Source: Candidatus Bathyarchaeia archaeon (GTDB taxonomy: Archaea; Thermoproteota; Bathyarchaeia; Bathyarchaeales; Bathycorpusculaceae). From it: a stretch of 34,185 bases of DNA. Below, piece after piece: positions 19,041 to 27,086 of this stretch. The stretch lies in the NCBI GenBank assembly GCA_049515895.1, contig JBEKTQ010000028.1, positions 1 through 34,185 of the forward strand, read 5' to 3'. The position numbers and the translations under genes were made by a program. The notes below the pieces were generated by a model that did no database searches, was not told the origin of the DNA, and saw only the letters and a program-made list of their open reading frames with translations. Within the stretch, counting starts at the first letter, position 1, and each line of letters starts with the position of its first letter.

Positions 19041-19491
19041 AACCCCACCTTATTACTTTCTCGTAAATATTGAGTACATAAATAACTCATTTATGAAAAA
19101 TTGGTTCATATTAAGAGTTCATGCGAAACGCTGATAGAAGATACTCGGGGCGGATCTAAGTGAAAAAACGAACAAACAAGCGCGCGGTCGATCTTTGCGA
19201 TAGCCCCGAGTTTTTATAGAGCTTTATTGTGAATCCCTGAGTTTGTTCATACATCTTGTTTCTCTGAATTCTTTCTCTGGTTCAAATATTCCAGCTATAT
19301 GCTGTATTAACTATGTAACAACGAAATATGACACTAGAACCACACTATATTGATCGAGAATACACTTTCCAATTAGGGCACTCTCCAACTCAATTTGCCA
19401 GGTCCATAATTTCGGATAAAGCCTTCAGAAAGCAGTTATTCATGTAGCCCCCACTTTGAATGTCTGATGTTTTACATTCAAGTGCAAAGTT

Positions 19492-20295
19492 CTATGTGTC
19501 GCATTTTTCTTTCGAGTGAATCAGGCGAATTGGTATTTCCCTCAATTTATACAAGAGAATTAGCAAGCTCTCAAGAAGGTCATCCAGTTTTGTCTTTATG
19601 TGGGTTTTTCCTTCCCAGTGACAGGGATGTATCAAGAGCTGAACTCGCCGTGGGTGATTGTTCAGCAGAATAAATAAACTTTTAATTGACCAGAGTCTTC
19701 GCGAGTCATGAACGTAAACATCTCTGAGACGAGGATCATCGGCATTTGCGTAGCCGCGTATTTGTAAGAATGAGTTGGGATTACCTCTAAACGCATGACA
19801 ACTGATGGCCGTGATCTTTCTGCCCAAGAGATTTTCGAGTATGTCTATCTCCATTTTCAGGGCTTCCGCATCGTCCCGCCCGTAACACTCATATTGATAA
19901 GTATCATAGTGAAGTCCGATCTCATGACCGAGCGTACATATCTTTTTCATAATACACACGTTTCTCCCTTCCAAAAGGTTGTAACCCTCACCCGACAGCC
20001 ACACGAAGTAGGTTGATTTTACTCCCATTTCATGTTCAATTTCAGCCATTTTCAAGGCCGGTTCTAGAGAAACATCTATATCGTGGCGAAGAACAAGGTA
20101 GGGAAGGTCTTCTTTTGGTATTTCACCAAACGGAACAACCTTGTAGATTTGACCCAAATATTTCACCAGCTTCACGTAAGTCTTTGGATTGAAACTCGCA
20201 AGTTCCTTGACGCTCGGTTTCTCCACAGAAGCCGCCTCCTGGTTTTTGTTTTTGAAAGTTAAGGTCTGAGCCATTGGTGCATCAATAGCGCTCAA
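19492..20295 (-). CDS. Polysaccharide deacetylase-like protein (WbmS-like); start uncertain
   Basis: LRHDIDVS...AEIE...KSTYFV, GHEIGLHY, LLIHPCHW. Confidence 0.75.
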   Translation of the reverse strand: MSAIDAPMAQTLTFKNKNQEAASVEKPSVKELASFNPKTYVKLVKYLGQIYKVVPFGEIPKEDLPYLVLRHDIDVSLEPALKMAEIEHEMGVKSTYFVWLSGEGYNLLEGRNVCIMKKICTLGHEIGLHYDTYQYECYGRDDAEALKMEIDILENLLGRKITAISCHAFRGNPNSFLQIRGYANADDPRLRDVYVHDSRRLWSIKSLFILLNNHPRRVQLLIHPCHWEGKTHIKTKLDDLLESLLILLYKLREIPIRLIHSKEKCDT

Positions 20296-20548
20296 AGAAG
20301 ATGAGTCTCATGTGAGTACAAGGCGGTCTTCTAGCGAGCGCTAAGCCATATTCTGCCTTCTTTGCAGCTTTCATGGTAAATATATCGACGTGAGTTCCAC
20401 AATTAATCACCGTGTGTTTCTCCTCGATCTTTCGAAACAGGTCATAGATTTCTGGAGAACAGATACGATCTATTGTTGGCCGGCTGTCCCAATAATGAGT
20501 TGCCACACAATCGTCAGGGAGCTTCGAATATGCCAACACTTTGTTCAA
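20282..20548 (-). pseudogene. Degenerate N-terminal remnant of an FkbM-like methyltransferase
   Basis: EIYDLFRKIEEKHTVINCGTHVDIFTMKAAKK resembles the FkbM motif I region (VID.GAH.G.FT..AAK) with key residues lost; only 88 aa. Confidence 0.5.
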
Positions 20549-20705
20549 ACATCGTGTTCGAAAGCAAATGCCCTAGTCAAGGCTACATAATTTCCAGAAA
20601 GTTATAGGGTTGAATCGCAAAATCCGAACGGCATCCTGAAGCATTCCCCGAAGCAAGAAAGAAATCGCCTCGGGCTCAAGCGAGCGAACATCTGCTATGC
20701 CCTTC

Positions 20706-21956
20706 TTAATATTCAACCTGTGCGGGGACTCGGTTCGGACAAAAGATACCACGCGCCATTCTGATTGGAGAATTCAATACATACGCCTGCATGTACTTCT
20801 GTGATATCTTCCTGCTTCTTGATTCCTTGGTCTTCTCAGACACTTGGCTTGCCATGCGAGAAGCGTAGACCCCTGGTCTTGCAGAGAATTTGAAGATGAC
20901 CATGGAATCAAGAAACAAGGGATAATCAAAAAGTTTCAGAGTCGCTGCAAAATCCTCCTCTGTTTCCGTCGGAAAACCAACCAAGAAATGTGTCGAGAGT
21001 CGAATATCCGGGAATCCGCTATTGATTCTTATCATACTTTCTCTCCATTCTTCAGCTGTGTAGGGTCTGCCCATAAGTCTAAGGATCCTATTACTTCCAG
21101 ACTGCACTGGACAATTCAACGCTGATATTCTTCCTGAAGCAAATATCTTCTCCAAATCGGGAAGCATTTTCTTCAAATAGGATGGAAATACTTGATTAAG
21201 AGCGATTTTGAAACTTCTATTGCTATCAATACGGACCATTTTCTCAAGAAGATCGGAAAGTGTGACACCTATGTCTTTACCATAAGCCCCAAGATCGGTG
21301 GCAATTAAAGAAATCGTGTTGTAGCCTTGTTGCAACCCCAGTTCCAAATCAGAAATTATCTTGTTAATGGGTCGGCTTTTGAGTTTACCATACACTAATC
21401 GCTCGCTGCAGTATGTACAATGCCCTGTACAACCTGCAGCGATCCTAATCCAAAACTTGGTGTTTTGTCTGGATCGCGCCCAAAGTCTGTCCCAGTTTTG
21501 CTTTAGGAGAATGAAAGCGCCACCTAGGCAGTCGGCCTTGTCAAATTTGTTCAGCCCAGAAGGTTGGCTTGAAAGAAGCAAATTCTGGGCGCCAGCGATA
21601 TCCAAACTGTCGAAAGGAACCCTAGTTGCTTCCAAGATTTCTTTCAAGGAGCTATTGTCCGTTGATACTACGAAAGGACCATTGTAAATCCCTAACAGCG
21701 ACTCGGGGTTTATCTTTGGCAAGCATCCACAAACGATGAGCTTTGTGGCAGGCTTCATTTTCTCTTGTACTCTCCTTATTGCCAATAGGGAGTCTTTTTC
21801 GCTTCGTTCCGTCAATCCACAAGCCCAGAAAACTACCGTTTCTGCTTGTGATGGACCATTCACGATTGTTAGTCCGTTCTCTCTGAGAAAACGCGCGATA
21901 TTTGTAGAGCTAAGTTGAGCTTCTATGCATCCATTGGTGCCTACGTATACTCTCAC
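20706..21956 (-). CDS. Second MiaB-like radical SAM protein without TRAM domain
   Basis: Cys triad (NGC, WAC, CGC), GCTGHCTYC, VQSGSNRILRLMGR, GFPTETEEDF, FSARPG; GGAGG RBS. Confidence 0.85.
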   Translation of the reverse strand: MRVYVGTNGCIEAQLSSTNIARFLRENGLTIVNGPSQAETVVFWACGLTERSEKDSLLAIRRVQEKMKPATKLIVCGCLPKINPESLLGIYNGPFVVSTDNSSLKEILEATRVPFDSLDIAGAQNLLLSSQPSGLNKFDKADCLGGAFILLKQNWDRLWARSRQNTKFWIRIAAGCTGHCTYCSERLVYGKLKSRPINKIISDLELGLQQGYNTISLIATDLGAYGKDIGVTLSDLLEKMVRIDSNRSFKIALNQVFPSYLKKMLPDLEKIFASGRISALNCPVQSGSNRILRLMGRPYTAEEWRESMIRINSGFPDIRLSTHFLVGFPTETEEDFAATLKLFDYPLFLDSMVIFKFSARPGVYASRMASQVSEKTKESRSRKISQKYMQAYVLNSPIRMARGIFCPNRVPAQVEY

Positions 21957-22182
21957 ATGTTTCTACCTCCGCAAATTCTATTCTATCGTTCTCGAACTCT
22001 CTTGAGCCAAATTCCTTGCGCGCAAGCCTTCTGGCCGCCTCTTGTTCATATACTTTCAATTTTGGATATTTTGTTTTGCAGATAACAGATTTCTTTCTTT
22101 ACGAAGAGAAAAGTTGCGCGCGCACTTTTGTTCAACTCTCAAAGGCTCTTCTTTCATTGTTTCTATTTTTGTAGCGCGCTAA

Positions 22183-23337
22183 TTATGTACAAGGGTTTTT
22201 TGACGTGTCTAACATCTTCTTGTACATCTCGATTAATCTTGCTGCAACACTCTTCAAACTGTAGCCTTCTTCAATTCTTCTTGCGGCAGATCTACCGTAT
22301 TTTTCTCTAGTTTCTTTGCTGGTCAATATCAACTCGAGAGCTTCTGCCAGCTTGGCAGGATTATTTGGAGGGACTATTAACCCGTTTTCGTTATGTATAA
22401 TAACGTGATTTTGGGTTCCGATCACAGGTGTGCCACAGGCTAAGGCTTCCAAAGCGGAGAGTCCTTGCCCGCTAACACCGATCAAATCTGGTCTTACTAG
22501 TACTGTAGCCTTTTGATACCAATTCACTAATTCAGAATGATTAATACTTCCCAAGTATTTGACATTATGGAAACCATTCGCATTTATCTTTAGTCGCATT
22601 CTGTCAATTTGTTTGAAGTATACAGGGTCGTTCACCGGCCCAATTAATACTACTTGAGCTTTCGAATTCAGATATTGCAGAGACTCTAACAATATATGCA
22701 GTCCCTTGAGGGGGTATATTCTACCCACAAATAGAATTAGGTCATTGAGCTTTTGTTCTCTGTCAGGATGAAAGATTTCAGTATCAACTCCCTCTGGCAA
22801 TATTGCGATCTTATTTTTCGGTATGCCCATTTCCTCAAGGACAGCCTTTTCTTCTGGGGAAAAGACTATGTACAAATTTGCAAGGGTTCTGAAAATTCTT
22901 GCAAGAATTTTTCCCATCATGGCATGTCTATTCCCCAAGCCTGGTATTGCCACGCAGTGCATGATTTTTGGCTTTTGAATGGAGCGTGAGAGGATAGGCA
23001 TACTTAGGTCTGCTTCGCCCAGAAAGTGAATTATATCATAATCGTGGAACTTCTTCTTGAAACCAGGCTTTGGCAGTACATTTATTCTTAGAGGGGGGTG
23101 AAGTGGACTTACTTGAAGAAACGGGAAAGGATTTAATGCTGGCATTTTAAAAACTTGGTGATTGATACCAGTTTCGACTTTTTCGCTGTAGATTGGCTTC
23201 CATTTCTTTTCCATATTGAAAGCCATAATGTCAGTGTGAATTCCCGCCTCATTGAGTTCGGTTGACAGAGCTCGAGTTAGTATTTCTGATCCGCCAACTA
23301 TGGGGAAATAGGATGGTGTGACTATTAGTACTTTCAT
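22183..23337 (-). CDS. Glycosyltransferase family 4 (start reassigned to ATG 23337, MKVLIV)
   Basis: GGSE, GVDT, FVGRI..KG, LEALACGTPVI; clearly paralogous to 12525..13637. Confidence 0.88.
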   Translation of the reverse strand: MKVLIVTPSYFPIVGGSEILTRALSTELNEAGIHTDIMAFNMEKKWKPIYSEKVETGINHQVFKMPALNPFPFLQVSPLHPPLRINVLPKPGFKKKFHDYDIIHFLGEADLSMPILSRSIQKPKIMHCVAIPGLGNRHAMMGKILARIFRTLANLYIVFSPEEKAVLEEMGIPKNKIAILPEGVDTEIFHPDREQKLNDLILFVGRIYPLKGLHILLESLQYLNSKAQVVLIGPVNDPVYFKQIDRMRLKINANGFHNVKYLGSINHSELVNWYQKATVLVRPDLIGVSGQGLSALEALACGTPVIGTQNHVIIHNENGLIVPPNNPAKLAEALELILTSKETREKYGRSAARRIEEGYSLKSVAARLIEMYKKMLDTSKNPCT

Positions 23338-23619
23338 ATAGACACCTGCTCGCGCTTCCTTTGAAAGAAACCCTACGCGCCGAGTTCCTTGCACTCTAAC
23401 AATTTAGTCAAACTCAGAGAGGCACGCGCTTTGTTTATCCAGAGGGATGGGAAGGGGGATTCATAAAGATAATATATACTGTCCTTCCCAATTATTCTAA
23501 GTCATAGCGAGCACCAATAGTATACATATATACCAAGTTTTCCGCACCATCCGAAAATCTAGCAGTCATAGAACCGAGAATCTACTTCTTCTTTCGCGTG
23601 CGCCTATTAAACTTACTTC

Positions 23620-24750
23620 TTAGCTGTAGGTTAAGGATCTTTCAAGGAGTTTATTGATTTTCGATTTTTTGATTGTTCTAATTCCTAGGTTGTAGAGTCT
23701 CGAATTAAACTTCTTGTTTACAAATGTTATTTTCAAGTTTCGCCTATATTTTGCGGTCCAATAGGACTTGTATGTTTCATCACCCTTTAAGAAATCATAT
23801 TCTTTCAATCCCTTCTCGATGCTTTTCTCTATAACTTTCCAGTGCAAAAGATTTCCGACGCTATATCGAATGTAGTCAGGATCAAATCCGCTTACCGCAG
23901 CTAGCATCTTTTTGTCATACTCAAAGCTGTATAATCCTGCTATCGGTTCATCATTAATTGCTAAGAAATATAGAGCAAGCCAGCCTCTATCTGCAAAAAC
24001 TTTTGCTACATCTATATAGAAATCACGGACTTCTTGGGTATTAAAAGCCCCACGCATGTTTCTCGATTTCCATCTTTTCTGATTCAAGTCAAAATGAATT
24101 TTCATCGCCTCCTCAACCGAACCAAACTCATGATACCCCTTCAGTTTCACATTTTGAAAATCCTTCTCTAAATTCCTCATGCACCTTCGGAGATTGTTTC
24201 GAGGCTTTTTACCTAGTTCTCTCAGAAGCATTTCGTTGGAGTTTGGAAGAGGCAAGTAATAACAAAATGCCCCTTTTTCTAGTTCGAACTTGAGGGGAAT
24301 ATCCCGGGACGCTTCAGTCAATAGATTTGGAATTACAGAGGTTTCGGGAACATCTGTAAGGTAAATAAAATCCCAATCATCATACTCAACAAGATGATTG
24401 AAGATCATTCTCAAACAATCTGCCTTTCGTTCCACCAACATGAAACCTGTGTAATCTGCTCCTTCTGGCATAAGCCCTCGAGTCCCTAAAGGTTCGACCA
24501 CATCAAAGCCGAATGGGCCAATAAAACCTAAGCGCGATTGTCTTAGTGGTGCAATACCGATAATTTCATTTTTGTCTTCAATGCACAAAATCCTCATTTT
24601 CGTCTCTTGCCCAAAATGCTTCCAATAAGTTGACAGATATTCCCAAGTTAAGTAGACGTTCTTATCTGGGCATCTATTCAAAACATTGTTCCAAATATGT
24701 TTCATTTCGAGAAAATGATTAATGTCGTTAATTTCAGTTACACGAAGCAT
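23620..24750 (-). CDS. GNAT-fold acyltransferase, CelD/BcsL (Acetyltransf_6)-like (start reassigned to ATG 24750)
   Basis: YLTWEYL..YW, GIAPL, DY.GF, RNNLRR..R.L, GFDP...YSVGNLL, YDFLKGDE.YK..W; AGGTGA RBS before 24750. Confidence 0.82.
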   Translation of the reverse strand: MLRVTEINDINHFLEMKHIWNNVLNRCPDKNVYLTWEYLSTYWKHFGQETKMRILCIEDKNEIIGIAPLRQSRLGFIGPFGFDVVEPLGTRGLMPEGADYTGFMLVERKADCLRMIFNHLVEYDDWDFIYLTDVPETSVIPNLLTEASRDIPLKFELEKGAFCYYLPLPNSNEMLLRELGKKPRNNLRRCMRNLEKDFQNVKLKGYHEFGSVEEAMKIHFDLNQKRWKSRNMRGAFNTQEVRDFYIDVAKVFADRGWLALYFLAINDEPIAGLYSFEYDKKMLAAVSGFDPDYIRYSVGNLLHWKVIEKSIEKGLKEYDFLKGDETYKSYWTAKYRRNLKITFVNKKFNSRLYNLGIRTIKKSKINKLLERSLTYS

Positions 24751-24852
24751 TGGATGTTCACCTATTTCTAATAGAAAATACTTGTCAGTATTTGCAGAAC
24801 AGGAGAACCATTTAATCAATCTAATTATCTTTGAACCTATGGGCTTGGAACA

Positions 24853-25799
24853 TTATTTAGCGATTAACAGTCGTATTTTAGATTTGATCTGGACTTTGTA
24901 ACCTAAATCTCTGAGTTTTTTCTCAAGTTGCTCGTAACCTCTGTGATAATTCATAATCATTTCTTCATAATTCCTCTTTTTAGCCAATCGAGTATGATAT
25001 CATATTCACATCCTTCACAATTTAGCTTAAGTACTTGAGCATCCAGCGGCGGAGTTACTGTTTTGACAGAAATTTGAATTGTGTCCTTATTCTCATGACC
25101 GTAAAGACTGGCGTCTGTTGAAGCTTTTGGAACATTGAGAATGGCTTCTCCATCAGTAATTGTTACAGCATAAGGAATAACCCTAACGATCTCTGAAAGA
25201 TTATTTAAAATAATGTTCTTCTCAAGCACTTTTGCAACCCATGGTATAGGCTCGTATGCATAGACTTTCTTTGCTCCCTTCATCGCAAAATATATTGCTG
25301 TATCACCATAGCTGGCACCAATATCAGCGACAATCTTGTCTTTGACATCTAGTGGACAATACTGGTCCTCAATAAAAGTTACATTTAGGTTGCCTAGTGT
25401 GTCAAAATCTTCAGGATCAAAAAAATAATTGATTGTTCTCCCTTTAAAAACAAACTGACAACATCCCTCTTGACTAACCTTGGCGTCAAGCTGTTTGTAG
25501 AGACTTGAGAGTACATATGCCCTGTAAACTGAACGTTCATCAGTAGTCGAAAAGACTATTTCACTGTCACCAATGAGAGCCTTGTATGTATAAATAGTTT
25601 CACACAGAATACGCGAGTTCAGAGATATCTTGATTAGCCAGAACACTAGTTTCCAGTTCGACTTATCTTTTATCTGAAGTTGTATACCATTTCGAAACAC
25701 AACATTAAGGTCTTTTTTCAAACCAGCATATAATAATAATGCTGAAGGCCAATTTTTGGTCGTTCTTATTGTCTCAGCGAAAGACCTAAATGAGACCAT
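24853..25799 (-). pseudogene. FkbM family methyltransferase with a 1-nt frameshift near the 3' end
   Basis: DIGASYGDTAIYF, YAYEP, LKLNCEGCEY. The ORF stops at 24957, but the shifted frame continues NYEEMIMNYHRGYEQLEKKLRDLGYKV...LIAK* to 24853, matching the expected FkbM C-terminus. Confidence 0.7.
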
Positions 25800-26083
25800 T
25801 TTTTTTCAGATACTCCTTACCAAGGGCGCGCGCTAATACGACATCATCTACAGTGAGCTGAACCAAGAGATGCAAAGGAACTCGATTAGCGCATTAGGGA
25901 AGCAGAGCAATGCGAATTGAAACGTAAGGAAGAAGCTGAACAAGAGTGGAAAGAGCTCAAAACCAAAGAAGAACGTCTAAGAAGAGAATGGCTTAAAGCG
26001 GGTGGAATTGAACAATAGCAAATCTCGCGCTTAACTACGCCTGTTTAGAAAAGAAGGGTGCAACCAAGGGGGATAGTTTTCCT

Positions 26084-26887
26084 TTGAGTCTTACATATAA
26101 GGAAGTTATTGAAGCCAACATTGAGCTACATCGTAGGGAAGCCAAGATTTATGACCGCATTCATCAGGAAATTTGGAATAGTCGAGAGCAGAAACGCTCA
26201 TGGAAGATTCTTAGGTTTGCAGTTTCGCAAGTTGAAGGTAACAGATTTAGAGCTCTGGATTTTGGTTCAGGTACGGGTAACGTAACTGGAAAATTGTTGG
26301 ATTTAGGCTTTGAAGTGACAGCCATTGACCTTTCACCTGAAATGAACAAAATACTAAAGCTAAAGTATTCAAAGGATGTTGTGACGAGGAAACTTCAAAT
26401 TTTGAACTTGAATATTGACAAGGTGCAAATGGAAGGTGATTTTGATTTTGTCGCTTGTTTTTCAGTCTTACATCATCTTCCAGACTACATTGGAACCTTA
26501 AGGAAGCTGGCACGTCTAATTAGAAAAGGGGGAGTATTCTATCTTGACTTTGAACCTGCTCCTTTATTTCCAGAAAGAAATCCGCGTTTCATTTTAAATC
26601 GTGCCGTGAAATTTTCTCATTACTTCACAAGGAGTCTTCTGAATCGCCTTTATTTTTGGAGTGTTAACCTTCCCAAACTCGACTACTCCAAAGCAGATGT
26701 GTACGCCGATTCTGGCGATTTAGACTATGAGCTCATCATAAACGTGTTAAGGGAAGAGGGGCTTAGAATAGTTAAATTCTATTCTTATTTTTTTGCTGAC
26801 TCTTGGTTTAGGCTGCCTACTGCCCCATTTTATAAGGTAGTGTCAGTACCTGATAAAACATTGTTGATTGCTAAGAAAACAGAGTAG
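26084..26887 (+). CDS. Class I SAM-dependent methyltransferase (opposite strand to the cluster)
   Basis: ALDFGSGTG, AIDLSPEM, FDFVACFSVLHHLPD. Confidence 0.85.
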   Translation: MSLTYKEVIEANIELHRREAKIYDRIHQEIWNSREQKRSWKILRFAVSQVEGNRFRALDFGSGTGNVTGKLLDLGFEVTAIDLSPEMNKILKLKYSKDVVTRKLQILNLNIDKVQMEGDFDFVACFSVLHHLPDYIGTLRKLARLIRKGGVFYLDFEPAPLFPERNPRFILNRAVKFSHYFTRSLLNRLYFWSVNLPKLDYSKADVYADSGDLDYELIINVLREEGLRIVKFYSYFFADSWFRLPTAPFYKVVSVPDKTLLIAKKTE

Positions 26888-27086
26888 CTTCGACGCCTTC
26901 GTCAGCGATGGCAACACAAAAGGCGCATGACAATATTTCTCACATCTCATCATGTTCCGTCATCACATCCCCTTGCTCTACACTGTGGCGCGCGCTTTAG
27001 ACTTTTCACAAACTTTCAACGAGCCAGCGCGCTAGTCTTTCAAAGATTGGCGCCTTCAAAACACAAAATAGGTTATTGAGCAAAGC

